From Bilabrum cf. latius (lineage: Eukaryota): a stretch of 64,000 bases of DNA. Made by a program: the position numbers and the translations under genes. The stretch covers positions 1 to 64,000 of the forward strand of contig CBCXTV010000001.1 in the NCBI GenBank assembly GCA_965178125.1. The letters are read 5' to 3'. The stretch's first letter is position 1; each line of letters starts with the position of its first letter. This document shows positions 40,999 to 54,882 of the stretch, piece by piece. Below the pieces are notes generated by a model. The model did not search any database and had not been told where the DNA came from. It was given only the letters and a program-made list of their open reading frames with translations.

Positions 40999-43819
40999 TA
41001 TCGAACCTCGCGAAGCATGCGTGGATCGGCTACTCGTAGTTCTTCACGCCATCGCGAAACCCCAAGGTGACGCAGATGGCCATGTTAGCGGGGTCAGAAG
41101 CACCGAGAATGGTCAGCCTCCAGCGCGGAAACTCACCTCATGCACAACTGCGAGCGCCTCTTGGACGTGCGGACCTATCCGGCGCACTGGGTAGACAACA
41201 CATTTGTGGTCCCCTTCCACGTGGGCATGGGCCTAAAGTGGTATCTCATCAGCCCGGAGGGGAGGAAGGCGCTCCTGAAGATGCGGATCCCGAACCGAAG
41301 CTTCGAACGCTGCGTCTGGCGCCGCATCTTCGACACGTTCCAAGGGCCGGTATGTAATGTCCGTCGTGATGTCCGTGTGCGCGGCCCTGAGTTGGGGGTT
41401 GTCTCGTCTGGGAAAAAACAGAGCGCGTGCCCATCTCCTACGAAGACTTGTGCGGTGTTCACGAGCACGCCGGCGAAACCTCGAGTTTTGGCATCAAGAT
41501 CGTGTCGCGGCCAAGCTGTACGACGGCGGCAAGAAGACGGAGAAGGAGGATGCTCACGGTATCGCCCTGATCATCTGCACGACTTCGTGGGGCTCCATGA
41601 CGTAACGGCGAGCGAGAACATTGACTGGTGGCGTGGCTGGAGGATCTCGGGAACACACGGCGGGCGAGCCGTTTTTCAAAAGGAGCACGGGTCCTTCGGG
41701 ACGCCATTTCACTTACGGCGGGCGAGCCGTTTTCCGAATGGTGCGGGGGTCCTACTGATGCACACGGCGATCGCTGGTTCACTCACGGCGGGCGAGCCGT
41801 TTTCCGAATGGTGCGGAGTCCTCCAGATGACCACGGTGATGGGTGGCAGCATGTCATAGGCGCGCCGTCGGAAGCTTCCCCTTCGAGTGCTGCCTAAAAC
41901 TGAGAAACCTGGAGATCCTAGCATCGTATGGAGGCAAGAGGTAACACCTTGGGGTCCGTTCTCCGCTTCAATTCCTGTCCCAAATCCGATTCCCATTTCG
42001 AGACCGAAAAAGGTGACCCGGAAAACGACGGTACTTATTTCTGAACCGTTTTCCGGACGCTTTCCGGGTCTCCCATGTGACCGCTTTTTGCGTACCGAAA
42101 CACGTTCCGCGCGTGAGGAGCAGATGCGGATCTCCGCGGGGTCCTATTTGTGTCTTTTTTCGGGGACGAAATCGGGCGCACTTCTCGTGCCGATTTGTGG
42201 TCGTCTCTGAAACCGGCTGCGAGTCGGGAAAGGTGCCCGAGATGCTTGTGTCCTTGGCTTCGTATTTCTCCGCATATTCTTCAAACGCGGGCGGCAGTGG
42301 CTCCTGCGCGGGAGCTTCCCGAGTGGGTCCGTCGTGCAGTGCGCTGGGTAGGTCCGCAGGTCAAGGAGGCGCTCGCAGTTATAGACGTAGGTGGAGTTTG
42401 CGAGCTGCCGGCCGACATGCTCATGTGGTGACCGGAGGTCACCACATGAGCATGTCGGCCGGCAGCTCGCAAACCCCACCTGCGTCTATAACTGCGAACG
42501 CCTCCTTGACCTGCGGACCTACCCAGCGCACTGAGCAGACAACGCATTTGTGGTCCCCCTCCACGTCGGCATGGGCTTGAAGTGGTACCTCAGGAGGATT
42601 TCACTTGCGCCGGCCCCCAGGATTTCGCCAAAAATGGCCGATCCGCACAAGGAATTTAAGTTGCGGCGACACAGCTCGGACCCTGGCTTTTTTTTGGCTG
42701 TTTCGGGCCCCAAGAGGGCTCCCGGCCCCAAAAAGGGCAAAACGCGAGGTTGTGGTGGAAAAAATGGGCCCCAAGGAGTCTCCAAACGACGCAAAACGCC
42801 ACGTTGTGGTGGATTTTAGAGCCCCTAAATCGCCCAAAAAAGACGCAAAACGCCACGTGGTGGTGGATTTTAGAGCCCCTAAATCGCCAAAAAAGACGCA
42901 AAACGCCACGTTGTAGTGGATTTTAGAGCCCCTAAATCGCCCAAAAAAGACGCAAAACGCCACGTTGTGGTGTTTTTTTTGAGCGTTTTCGGGGGGCTCG
43001 GAAGGGGACCCCCCCAGGATTTGGCCAAAAATGGCCGATCCACACAAGGACTTTAAGTTGCGGCGACACAGTTCGGGCCCCGGTTTGTTTTTGCGGTTTG
43101 GGGGCCCCGAGAGGGCTCCCGGCCCAAAAAGGGCAAAACGCGAGGTTGTGGTGGAAAAATGGGCCCCAGGCAGCCCCAAACGACGCAAAACGCCACGTTG
43201 TGGTGGATTTTAGAGCCCTAAATCGCCCAAAAAAGACGCAAAACGCCACGTTGTCGTGGATTTTAGAGCCCTAAATCGCCCCAAAGAGACGCAAAACGCC
43301 ACGTTGTAGTGGATTTTAGAGCCCCTAAACCGCCCTAAAAAGACGCCAAACGCCACGTTGTGGTGTTTTTTTTGAGCGTTTTGGGGGGCCCGGAAGGGGA
43401 CCCCCCCAGGATTTGGCCCAAAATGGCCGATCCACACAAGGAATTTAAGTTGCGGCGACACAGTTCGGGCCCCGGGGTTTGTTTTGCTGTTTGGGGGCCC
43501 CAAGAGGGCTCCCGGGAGGCCCTAGAGTGGCCCTTCTCCGCTTCAATTCCTGTCCCAAATCCGATTCCCATTTCGAGACCGAAAAAGGTGACCCGGAAAA
43601 CGACGGTACTTATTTCTGAACCGTTTTCCGGACGCTTTCCGGGCCTCCCATGTGACCGCTTTTTGCGTACCGAAACACGTTCCGCGCGTGAGGAGCAGAT
43701 GCGGATCTCCGCGGGGTCCTAGTTGTGTCCTTTTTCGGGGGACGAAATCGGGCGCACTTGTCGTGCCGATTCGTGGTCGTCTCTGAGACCGGCTGCGAGT
43801 CGGGAAAGGTGCCCGGGAG

Positions 43820-45111
43820 ATGCTCGTGTCCTTGGCTTCGTATTTCTCCGCGTATTCTTCAAACGCGGGCGCACGTCTCCTACCGATTCGTGGTCGGTTT
43901 CCGAGGCCGATCGCGAGTCGGGAAATGCGCCCGCGATGCGCTCTCGATCTCGGAAAGGGCGGGAGTCCGTTCTTGCATTCGGAATGGGCGGGGAGTTGCT
44001 TTTCCTGGGAGCATGTGCGAGATTCCTTCTCCGCGGGTCCTCTTTCGGCTTCGGCAGTCAGCAGCGCACTCTGCGGGAACGGCATTCTCCGAGTCTCTTT
44101 GCCGATGATGTCTGAGGAGAAACCGTCCGAGAGCATTGCTGTTTCCTTGGGAGACGGCCGCAATCTTCGTGCGCGTCGAGGCGCCGGTGATATGGGAAAC
44201 GAGGGCGGCATGTTGGCGCGCGAGGTCGACGCGCCGGCGGAGCACGCCGGCGCGGCGGCAAGCGTCGATGATTCGGGCGGCCCCACATCGAGAGCGGCGG
44301 CGCGGAGGCGGCGTCCACGGGGATGCTCGGAGAGGAGAGCGGCAAGGCAGCGCCGAAGGAGGACGCCGAAGACGACGGCGGCAAGAAGACGGAGGAGGAG
44401 GATGCTCGCGGCGGTGGACGTGCTGCGGTGCCCGGAGGTAATGACGACGTATGGACCAACGCAGCAGCTTGGAAGGCGGGTGGCGGCGTGGCAGCCGGGG
44501 CGGTCTCTGGCGCTGATAGCTGGGATCTATGGGGGACCCCTGCGAAGTCGTCATGGGGGGAGACGTACGTGCTGCGGCAGGTCGCGTCGGAGCCGGCGGA
44601 GGAGGCGACATGGACTTGCAACGCGTGCCAGTGCTGCAAGCCCCGGTCGGCGTACTTTAAGAAGTGGAAGGACTGGATCCAACCAGTTTGCCGGGTGTGT
44701 TGCGACAAGTTCGACAACGCGACGCCGTGGTGGGTGTGGTGCAAGAGCTGCAAAAACGAGTATCCGGCGTACCGATTTCCCCAGATCCGCCGGAAGAAGG
44801 AGAACTTGCGCTATTTCTTCCCTGAGGACTGGTGCGCGAAGTGCCTGGTTGCGCGTGGCTGGAGTCTCCATGATGTCCGTTCCTCTGCGGGTGAAGCGAA
44901 GCGTTGGGTGCCAAAAGCTGGCGCGAATACCGGTGACGGCGACAACGACGCTCGTGCTCCCGCACGCGACGAGCTTCCTGCAGGAGGCGCCGCCTCCTGC
45001 AGCAACGCCGTGCGTCAGAGTTCTTCGCGTGACGAGGCCTTGGATGACATCAAGCGGGCCATGGAGCTTCTCCAGAATGCGGAAAGGTTCCTCCTCACGA
45101 TGCCAGCGTGA
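43820..45111 (+). pseudogene. ZnF1, copy 3, with a 1-bp frameshift in a C run (~44281; possibly a sequencing error)
   Basis: ggcggccccacatc versus ggcggcccccacatc in copy 2; the ORF is split into 43820.. and 44323..45111. Confidence 0.6.
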
Positions 45112-46188
45112 CGCGGGAGCTTCCCGAATGGGTCCGTCGTACTGTGAGGGCGCTCCGGAAGGAAGAGCGCGAGTGAGTCATCCTTGCGCCGAGGTGAGCG
45201 CGACGTCGGAGGAGCACGGTCGTTTGATTGGGAACGATATGGTCGGCAGAGTGTGAAAATCCGAGTTTCTCGTGCAGGATTGGGCAGCTCTCTAGATATC
45301 TTGCCTGGGAAGGGTGTGATGTGGTGGGAGCGCTTCCGCCTCACGTGGCAGACGTCCACACTTCCTGGTTCCCCGGCAGGCTGTTTGGCGAGACGGAGTG
45401 GCAAAGCATCCGCCTGCTGATTCCTACTTTGTTACCTCGATTGTGAGCTCGGAGCTTGGGGCGGAGGATTCTGCGGGCAGCTCATGTGTGCCTAGAGTGT
45501 CATCCCGCGACCCTCTGACTTCTGTTCGTGGCTTTACCTCTTCGCGCAGGAAGATTCCTCATGAGGCAAGCCCGGTCCGAACTCGCGTGGGATGCCGTGC
45601 GCTGGTGCGGCTTCCACTCATCCCCGGGGTGGGGAGCGCTGGGTAAAGGATCGTCTGTCCCTGCAAGTTTCGATTCGGCGAGGTGCGGCAGCATGACGCG
45701 GACCGAGGTGAAGTCCTTTGTCCGCGATAGGTCGCCGCGTCGCGCGGTGGCGACCCCACAGCGCCCCAATCCCATTCCGGAGAGGGGGTGTGATGCAGTG
45801 GGAGCCCTTCCGCCTCACGTGACAGACGTTCACACTTCCTGGTTCCCATAAGGTCTTCAGCACAGCGCATGCGAGGCAGGCTGTTCGGCGAGACGTAGTG
45901 GCATCGCCCCCGCCTGCTCATTCCTACTTTGTTACCTCGATTGTCAGCTTGGGGCTCGGGGCGGCGGATTCAGCGGGCAGCTCATGTATGCTGGAGTGTC
46001 ATCCCGCGACCTCTGACTTCTGTCCGTGGCTTTACCTCTTCGCGCAGGAAGATTCCTCATGAGGCAAGCCCGGTGCGAACTCCTGTGGGATGCCGTGCGC
46101 TGGTTCGGATTCCACTCATGCCCGATGTGGGGAGCGCTAGGGTAAAGGATCGTCTGTCCCTGCAAGTTTCGATTCGGCTCGAGTCAAT

Positions 46189-46734
46189 GTGAGGAAGGAG
46201 AGGTGCGGCAGCATGACGCGGAACGAGGTGACGTCCTTTGTCCGCGATAGGTCGCCGCGTCGCGCGGTGGCGACCCCGCAGCGCCCAAACCCCGCCCCGC
46301 CTAGTCCTCACTCGACAGCGGTGTCGAACCTGCAGCAGCGCTTCGAGAACATGCAGCAGCGTGCGGAAAGCTTGAGCGCTCAGCTGGAGTACGCCCAAAG
46401 TGTGATCAGGCTGCTCTCAGGCCTGTTGCGCGATGAGGCTCCTCGGTTCTATGCAGACTTTGATCCCGTGATTCGGCGTGCGATGTCTGGCGCAAGCGGC
46501 TCCGTTGCGGGTAGGTCTTTCCGTCTTGTGGACGGAGGCGTCATCCACGGACCTGACACAGCAGTCGCTGCTCCTCCGCGTCGTCTCATCGTTGAGGTGC
46601 GTACGGACTGGGAGATGACCGAGACTGCCTCAACTGTGCTGGATTCCTCAGGATCAGACGACATGGGTTCCGAGGACTCGCCGCCGCCGACCGTCGTCCT
46701 CCCCAGCGGCGCGGCGGGCGCCGGCGGTGCCTAG
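46189..46734 (+). CDS. Coiled-coil protein, copy 3
   Basis: Same translation as 31480-32025. Confidence 0.55.
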   Translation: MRKERCGSMTRNEVTSFVRDRSPRRAVATPQRPNPAPPSPHSTAVSNLQQRFENMQQRAESLSAQLEYAQSVIRLLSGLLRDEAPRFYADFDPVIRRAMSGASGSVAGRSFRLVDGGVIHGPDTAVAAPPRRLIVEVRTDWEMTETASTVLDSSGSDDMGSEDSPPPTVVLPSGAAGAGGA

Positions 46735-47272
46735 TCCTCGGCAGCTCCTGCATCGGAGCCTCCTGTCGAGATTCGATCGCGCAACGTCGTTCCTTACATT
46801 GCTTGCCGTCGCATGTGCCGGGCGGTGGTGGGTGTGCGTGTTCGCCGAAAGTTCCCGGCCTCGTCTTCCTCAGGAGAGCTCCTCGACCCGAAATTGGCAG
46901 CTCAGCGCTGCCGTGGCCGATACAGTACCCGTGCATGGCCAGTTGGCAGCTACGCGCTGCCGTTGCCAATGTCGTCCGCACGAGAGCAGAGTGGCAGCTC
47001 AGCGCAGGCGAGAAACCGCGCTCGCAATGCTGCGAGGTGTATTCAATGCTGTGCACGTGTCTATCCCTCTCCCTGGTTTTGTCTCGCTTGCGCCAGTGTG
47101 ACCGCAGCAGAGCGGGTGCTTCCCGTGCGTCTTCAGCTTTGAGCACTCCTCCAGCGACAGGAAGGCATTCGCTTGCTCTCGCTCCCCGCCTGCGTCCTAT
47201 CCCTCCCGGGTATCTTCAGAGGCCACAGGCAGTGCGAAGCTTGGCAGCGGGTCCGTCCGCGTCGTTTCGGCT

Positions 47273-48910
47273 GTGAGCGATCTTCTGCCCGGTTCCTCAC
47301 GCGTCATAATGTCCTCTGCTTCGGTGCCGGATCAGCTCGCACGGATCAGTAAGGAGCTGAAGTGTCTCAGAGACGCGAGACAACGGGCGCGCAATGGGCT
47401 GCGCCATCCGTGGTTGCGCGCCATGGAGGCACAGGTCGCTGAGGTTATTCGTCATCACCCCGGCGGTGGCGAGGCAGCTCTTCGAACCTATGTCTCTCGT
47501 CAGTTGCAGAGTCGACAGGTTTCCACGCGGACGGCTTCGCAGGAGGAGTTTCAAAGGCAGGTCGATGAGGAGGTCGCGCTCACCATGAGGCGCCCAGCTG
47601 AGGCGTGGCAGCGAAATCCTCTTCGCTCATGTCATCGAGAGTCCGTGGCACGCGCAGAGACCTTTCTCGCCGAGGCTTCTGTCGTTGCTTGGATCGACCA
47701 TGTGAACGAGCAGCGTGGGTGTGCTCCAACTGGGAACATGGTTTTCGCCATGCTTGCGAGGATGGGCGTTCGCGCGGGGAAGGACTCGGCTCGACGGCAG
47801 TGGCTCCTGCGCTTCCGTCGTCGTTGGCGGCTTCGGCATGGCCGATTGAAGAAGCAGCCCCCGGTAACACTCGATTACGTCAGACTCGCGTGTCGTGTCT
47901 TCTATCAGTGGATTGAATTCGCAGAAGCGCGAGTGCCCCCCAACCGCCGCCTCGTCTTTGTGAATTTCGATGAGTCCAGCGTGCCCTTTGCCTTTCCGGG
48001 AATGCGCGGGTACATCGCACCGAGGTCAGGAACGGAGCCCGCTTCGCTTGGTTCGCGCACGGAGCGCCTCGCCTCGAATAGCAATCGAGGATCGTACACC
48101 TTTCTGGGTTTTATTAGCGACTGCCCGGAAATCCAGCGACGACTCCCGCGTATACTCATCGGGAAGCACACGCGGCTGAGCAAGCGCTTGATGCGTGGGG
48201 CGCCGAACCAAATGGTGGACGGAATGGAAGTCTGGGCCCGAGAGAGCTCGTGGGTGACGCAGTCCCTCATGTTCGACATTCTGCGTCGGCTTTTCGCTTC
48301 TTGGATGGACATTCAGCATGAGATCTATCCAATAGTGATACTTGACTGCGCGCCCCAACACATTTCCACTGAGATTGTGAACTTCGCACACGGCCTTGGC
48401 ATGGATCTCGTGTTTATTCCTGGTCGACTCACCTTCCTGCTTCAGCCGTTGGACGTTCTCGTCTTTCAGCTTCTTAAGCGCGACCTTCGGGAGACGTGGA
48501 TGCAGGAGCGCTCGCGTCATGAAGCGGGTCATGTCGATGTCTCTTGCCATCTCAGGGTTGTCGCTGAGTGCACGAAGAGAGTGCTCTCGTCTGGCTCGTG
48601 GCAAGGCGCTTTCGATATGACAGGCATTACCAGCGGCAGGCGCCGCTTGCATTCGACCCTACGGCGCTTGTTTGAGTGTGACATGGAGGACATCTCCAGC
48701 GATGCTCCGTCTGTCGACCAGCTCCGCTTCATCAGCAGTCCGCAGCAGCCTCTCCCGCACGATGCGCTCATCAACAGGGCCCCAGTCGCGTCCGGACACG
48801 CGGTCGACGGAGGCGTCCACGGTGGTAACGCTCGCCGCGTGCCTCGTGGCCGCAGACTAAACGGATGGACCCCCCGCGATCGCGCTCACCCCTCGGCGGC
48901 CATGCCGTGA
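47273..48910 (+). CDS. pogo-type DD35D transposase, copy 3
   Basis: Translation identical to 5368-7005. Confidence 0.92.
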   Translation: MSDLLPGSSRVIMSSASVPDQLARISKELKCLRDARQRARNGLRHPWLRAMEAQVAEVIRHHPGGGEAALRTYVSRQLQSRQVSTRTASQEEFQRQVDEEVALTMRRPAEAWQRNPLRSCHRESVARAETFLAEASVVAWIDHVNEQRGCAPTGNMVFAMLARMGVRAGKDSARRQWLLRFRRRWRLRHGRLKKQPPVTLDYVRLACRVFYQWIEFAEARVPPNRRLVFVNFDESSVPFAFPGMRGYIAPRSGTEPASLGSRTERLASNSNRGSYTFLGFISDCPEIQRRLPRILIGKHTRLSKRLMRGAPNQMVDGMEVWARESSWVTQSLMFDILRRLFASWMDIQHEIYPIVILDCAPQHISTEIVNFAHGLGMDLVFIPGRLTFLLQPLDVLVFQLLKRDLRETWMQERSRHEAGHVDVSCHLRVVAECTKRVLSSGSWQGAFDMTGITSGRRRLHSTLRRLFECDMEDISSDAPSVDQLRFISSPQQPLPHDALINRAPVASGHAVDGGVHGGNARRVPRGRRLNGWTPRDRAHPSAAMP

Positions 48911-49929
48911 CCTCGACCACGACCATGTCAGGGGCGAACGCGACTTCGTCAACCTCGAGCACGACCATCCCAGCGGCGAACGCGGCTTCCTCGATGGGAT
49001 CCCTGACCCCGACGAAGCTTCCCCGACCTCGGCCACGTGAACCTGCAGGCGCATTCTTGCCCGATGTGCCCGCGCAGGTGGCGGCCTGCACGGCGTGGGC
49101 GCCACCGTTTCGTCGACCAGACAGCTCAGCCACTCCGGCGACGCGCGAGGCGGCAACGTCCACGTGCATCAATCCGTGGACCGCTCTCTCCTGGTATCCG
49201 ACACCACCGCAGCCGACGGACCCCCCTTCCGACAGGCCTCGCGAGGTACCGAACCGGAGCTCCCGGCAGCAGCGCAGGCGTCATGCTTGGGGCGGCACGT
49301 GGGTGTTCGACGACGCCATTACGCTCAGCGATTGCGGGTCGAGGGTGCAGATCGACGCGCCGCAGTCGAAGCTCTTGGCGATGGTCCTGCCCCGGAAGTC
49401 GGGCCAGTGGATTCCTCGTAGGCTGCGCTCGCGTACGATCTGGTATTTGGCTGGGGAGCAGTCGGCCGTGATCACCAACCTCAAGTGCCAGGCCTGCAGT
49501 CGGGTCAAGCACGCGGACAGCTTCAACCCGAAGAGCTTGCGTCGGGCTCAGTACTCGTTGCTGCATTCCCTGTGGCCCGGCTACATACGACGTACCGAGC
49601 GGTCTATTTGGTGCACGCAGTGTGCGGTGGAGGACCAGTTGATGCAGGGCAACTTTCCGGACGGCTACTGTTTCCGGATCCGCGCCACACTCGAAATTTG
49701 CCATCAAGATCGCGTCGCGGCCAAGCTGTTTGCAGTGCACGACAGTAACGCTCTCTTCGAGCAGATCCCGCTGAGCTCCCGTGCGGCCATGGACGTGGCG
49801 GAGCAGTTGCGCCGATACTGGCAGGATGCCGTGTCCTCAGACGGCCAGAGCAACATCTTCCACAGCGACCACGTTTCGACAGACGACGACTCTGAGTTCG
49901 CACCGGGCGGACCGGAGAGCGTGCCGTGA
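48865..49929 (+). CDS. ZnF2, copy 3
   Basis: Translation identical to 6960-8024. Confidence 0.6.
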   Translation: MDPPRSRSPLGGHAVTSTTTMSGANATSSTSSTTIPAANAASSMGSLTPTKLPRPRPREPAGAFLPDVPAQVAACTAWAPPFRRPDSSATPATREAATSTCINPWTALSWYPTPPQPTDPPSDRPREVPNRSSRQQRRRHAWGGTWVFDDAITLSDCGSRVQIDAPQSKLLAMVLPRKSGQWIPRRLRSRTIWYLAGEQSAVITNLKCQACSRVKHADSFNPKSLRRAQYSLLHSLWPGYIRRTERSIWCTQCAVEDQLMQGNFPDGYCFRIRATLEICHQDRVAAKLFAVHDSNALFEQIPLSSRAAMDVAEQLRRYWQDAVSSDGQSNIFHSDHVSTDDDSEFAPGGPESVP

Positions 49930-52900
49930 GGGACCGCAGCGACAGTAGCGTCGCTTAGGTGAGGAGCGGGTGCCAATGCTCTTTTGAAAATGGTGTGTCG
50001 TACGTACGGCAGGAGCCGTCGGTGGGAGCGGGGCGGATCCTGCGGGAAGTCGTGGAGACTGAGGGCAGAGACTCTCGGGTCGGTCAGGGTCTCATGTAAC
50101 GTGCTGTTCACCGCAGAGGTATGTGCGGATCTTGGTGGATCTCTCGAGGACATGGGTGGCATACCGTTGTGCATCCGTTCCCCGGGGGGGGCGGTCGCAG
50201 AAGAGTGCACACGAAAACAAGAGGAAAGGAGACCAACCCCCCAAACCCACGTAGTGCGATCCTGGGGGGTACCCTATAAGGTACTAAGAATCCTTCTCCC
50301 GAAAATCGCACTACCTCGGGCCACAACGTCTTGGTGGATTCCTCGAGGACATGGGTGGCATACCGTTGTGCATCCGTTCCCCGTCGCTCCCTAACGTCTT
50401 CAGTGGCAGGTTCGGAAAAGACACCTCCGTAGGCACGCGACAAGTCCCGGTGAAGCGGGCTCGCACCGCGCTGGGCGGGAGATCGTGAGCGCTTAGAGGA
50501 CCGGAGCTTTCGGGCGGGTGCGTGTCTCGACAAACTCCCTCTTGACCACGGGCGGGGAACGTGTAGGGCGGAAGCTAAAGACACCGTAAGTAGCGGAGGG
50601 CTAACATTCCGTCCTTCGGTGAGAGCCAAAAGTTCGAGTCTGCGAGAGACTATTATACGAAGTTCTCCCCTCCTCATACGTGCGCATAGCCTCCTCACGC
50701 GGTAGCGCGAGCGCGGGACCCGGACCTGTCCCTGATGGGCGTGAATCTGAACCCGGCGTACTCTCCTAGTCTGTCACTTCCACGACCTTGTTGTCGCGGA
50801 ACCACTTGCACGGAGAGGAACCTGTCGTTCAAGCGGGTGCAGCCGGACGCGCAGGTGTAGTGCATCGCCTTGCATATGTGCACGGCCAAGTAGATGCCGG
50901 AACCGTAGAGGTATCACACTTCCCGCGGAGCTTGGGTGGGTCTTTCGCTGCTGTCGTCTGCTCCAGAAGGTTTGCGCCAAAAACCGGAAAACTTCTAAGA
51001 CAGAGGTGGGATGCCAGGAGCTCACGGTCCTGCCGGATTGGGGAGGTCCATGCCCACGCGAGCCGGGTACGCGTCCAAATCAACGCACAGAGCGGGAGCT
51101 GAGGGCGCCAAGGACGCTCACTGTCAGGCACACACAACGCGCACAGAATTCGTCATTTCGCGTTCAAAGCCTGCCAACGACGTGGCGCTTGGCGAAATGT
51201 GGTGGGTGGCGAAGATGTGGTACTTCGCCGTGCCTTTCTCTATGACGGCCAAGCGTGCACTCGCCATCGCGCTCGGACGCCACAGGAAGAGATCCCAGCT
51301 CGCAGCTCCGCCGCCTCATCCAGGAGTAAGGCGAAGTCGAATCGTGAATAGCGCTTCGCACCTTCACAGAGCCGAGGATCACAGATAGGCCCCGCCTCAC
51401 AGAACCCAGCGCCATAGGGCAGAGCGTGAAGTACCTGGCCGCTTGGCTTGGCCGGACCCCCGCCCGCCCTCCGCCGGCAGCTCCTCCCGTCCGTCCCTAT
51501 GGAGGCAGATCCGCGTACCCATGCTGCGGCGGGATCCTGACACAATCCGCTCCTCTTAGTGTGTGGCCGTGGGGCATGAGTGGAGCAGCATCGGGCCCTC
51601 ACCAGCCGTGGAACGGAAGCAGCTCTCCGTGCGGCAGCTGTGCGATGCACAGACCTCGTCCCAAAGATACGGATCCATTTTGCCGTCTTCCCGCGCATAC
51701 TGCATCGCTCTGCAAAACTGCATTGCGCAGTGGATCCCCGAGCGTCGACTGCCAATAGCAGGCGGCCTCGCAAGGCCTTCATGGACGCAGGATTTGGGCT
51801 TCTTCATCGTAAATTTGGGGTCTGCTCAGCGCGCGAAAATTCCAACGCTTCAAAATGATCCGGACGTCGCGAGAAGGGAACTCGTTGCTTGCTCACCTGT
51901 GCGGAGGGGTTGGATGCCCGATGTGCTAAAGAGAGGATACTGTCCGTCGGCGTTCTCTCTTCACCTTGTGCGGAAGGGTTGGGTGCCTGATTTCAGACAG
52001 AGAAGGTCTCGTCCGTTGGGAGCGCTTAGGAATACTTCCGGATGGGGCGTCCAGACGCGGTCCAGGACCTCCAGCTCGTCGGGGTCAATGTCGCCCGCGC
52101 CGTCCGTGCCTTTGACGCCTCTGGATCGATGATGCCCACGATCTTTGTCATCTCGGACGACACACGTCCCAGCTGCTCTTTGGTAGTGCATTACCTCATT
52201 GACCCCGAAGCGTTGAATATTTAATGAAGACCCTTCGGAAGCTGGCGAAGTTTGTCAGCTTGTCGGAGCGCAGCCTGGGTCCTTGTCAACAAACATGGAG
52301 GGTTTCGGGGCGGATTTCCAGCGTTCCGCCTTGATATCGAGTGCACCTCGAGGTCGGGATCGAAGCGGGGCGGGCGGTTCGTCATCCTCTGTGATACGCT
52401 TAGGAGGCGCCGACTTGATGCCCACCTTGTCCCCCAATCACTCCAGACGTAACTGGGGAACTCTTCCCGTCGTGGGCCGGGTACGCCTCCGAATCCCACG
52501 CGAGCCGTTCCCCACGGCGCACCGATAAGCGCCGCTGCAAGCGTACCAAGAGGGGCGTACCAAGAGGTGCTTCCTTCGCTCGGCAGTGTGGCACTTCAAG
52601 CAGTAGAATGTGCCACTCCCAGCACGTAGGTGGAGTTTGCGAGCTGCCGGCCGACATGCTCGTGTGGTGACCTCCGGCGCACCGATAAGTGCCGCTGCAA
52701 GCGCACCAATACTACTTCGCTTGGGAGCGAGGCACTTTAAGCAATGCAGTGCGCCGGTTTTCGTGCACGCCCAGTCGCGCGGACGCCGCAGGTGGCTTGG
52801 CCGTAGGATAGAATTAGTGGCGGGTCGGTTTTGCATGTCTTCCCTCTCCTCTTGATATGGTACACAAAGGCAAGAGCCTGACGATGCAGACGGAACTCCT

Positions 52901-54882
52901 GGATTTCACCGCCACATTCCTAGTCAAGACAGCCCTCGACTAAACAGACGCCGAGTTATCTTGAGCAGCATCCCACGACGCAGTGATGTGGACGGCAAGG
53001 GTGATGCCATGCTTTCCGGGCCTCCCATGTGACCGCTTTTTGCGTACCGAAACACTTTCCGGGGTCGACGCCCCGGCGGAACACGCCGGCGCGGCGGCAA
53101 GCGTCGATGTTGCGGGCGGCCCAGCCATGAGGTACATGATCAAGTACACGGAAAGCACGCAGAGCGTCGTCAATCCGTTCGTGAGCCGCGAGTTCCAAAA
53201 GGTCTTCGAGACATCCGCCCGGAAAGCACGCAGAGCATCGTCAATCCGTTCGTGAGCCGCGAGTTCCAGAAGGTCTTCGAGCACATCCCCCCGGAAAGCA
53301 CGCAGAGCATCGTCAATCCGTTCGTGAGCCGCGAATTCCAGAAGGTCTTCGAGCACATCCCCCCGGAAAGCACGCAGAGCATCGTCAATCCGTTCGTGAG
53401 CCGCGAATTCCAAAAGGTCTTCGAGCACATCCCCCGGATGATGTCGAGCATGCGGACGCCCTGCTCCGGATGATGTCGGCCATGCGGACGCTCTTCCCAG
53501 ACCTTGCGCGGCAGCGGGACGAAAATGGAGCTCTCCCTGCACCGCAAGCACGCCGGAAACCTGGTGCACTTCCACGTGTGCATGACGGACTCCGAGAGGT
53601 CGCATCGTTGTCGCGTGGCGGAGGATTTCATTTGGGCCGGCAGCAGGCCGAATGTCGTGTACGGCTTTAAGGTACCGAACCGGAGCTCCCGGCAGCAGCG
53701 CAGGCGGAGACATCCGCCCGGAAAGCACGCAGAGCATCGTCAATCCGTTCGTGAGCCGCGAGTTCCAGAAGGTCTTCGAGCACATCCCCCCGGAAAGCAC
53801 GCAGAGCATCGTCAATCCGTTCGTGAGCCGCGAATTCCAGAAGGTCTTCGAGCACATCCCCCCGGAAAGCACGCAGAGCATCGTCAATCCGTTCGTGAGC
53901 CGCGAATTCCAAAAGGTCTTCGAGCACATCCCCCGGATGATGTCGAGCATGCGGACGCCCGGCTCCGGATGATGTCGGCCATGCGGACGCTCTTCCCAGA
54001 CCTTGCGCGGCAGCGGGACGAAAATGGAGCTCTCCCTGCACCGCAAGCACGCCGGAAACCTGGTGCACTTCCACGTGTGCATGACGGACTCCGAGAGGTC
54101 GCATCGTTGTCGCGTGGCGGAGGATTTCATTTGGGCCGGCAGCAGGCCGAATGTCGTGTACGGCTTTAAGGTACCGAACCGGAGCTCCCGGCAGCAGCGC
54201 AGGCGGCATGCTTGGGGCGGCACGTGGATCTTCGACGACGCCATTACGCTCAGCGATTGCGGGTCGAGGGTGCAGATCGACGCGCCGCAGTCGAAGGTCT
54301 TGGCGATGGTAATGCCCCGGAAGTCGGGCCAGTGGATTCCTCATAGGCTGCGCTCGCGTACGATCTGGTATTTGGGTGGGGAGCAGTCGGCCGTGATCAC
54401 CAACCTCAAGTGCCAGGCCTGCCCCGGAAGTCGGGCCAGGGCATTCTCCGAGTCTCTTTGCCGATGATGTCTGAGGAGAAACCGTCCGAGAGCATTGCTG
54501 TTTCCTTGGGAGACGGCCGCAATCTTCGTGGGCGTCAAGGCGCCGGTAATATGGGAAACGAGGGCGGCATGTTGGCGCGCGAGGTCGACGCCCCGGCGGA
54601 GGGGGGGGGCCGTACGTGCCGTGACAGGTCGCGCCGGAGCCGGCGGAGGAGGCGACATGGACTTGCAACGCGTGCCAGGGCCTAAGCCCCGGTCAGAGTA
54701 CTTCAAGAAGTGGAAGGACTGGATCCAACCAGTTTGCCGGGTGTGTTACGACAAGTTCGACAGCGCGACGCCGTGGTGGGTGAGGTGCAAGAACTGCAAA
54801 AACGAGTTTCCGGCGTACCGATTTCCCCAGATCCGCCGGAAGAGGGACGGGCCTCGATCTCGGAAAGGGCGGGAGTCCGTTC

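Larger units (their letters stand above)
28901..41909 (+). repeat. Block A, copy 2 (resumes after B; lacks the 499-bp duplication)
   Basis: Colinear with 1704-15212; the offset changes from 27197 to 26698 across ~38.9 kb. Confidence 0.96.

Noticed and set aside
44275-44290. Copy-specific frameshifts (ZnF1 copy 3; also ~37170, ~41395) as regulated or meaningful variation
   Set aside because: All are 1-bp changes in homopolymer runs, typical of long-read consensus error.
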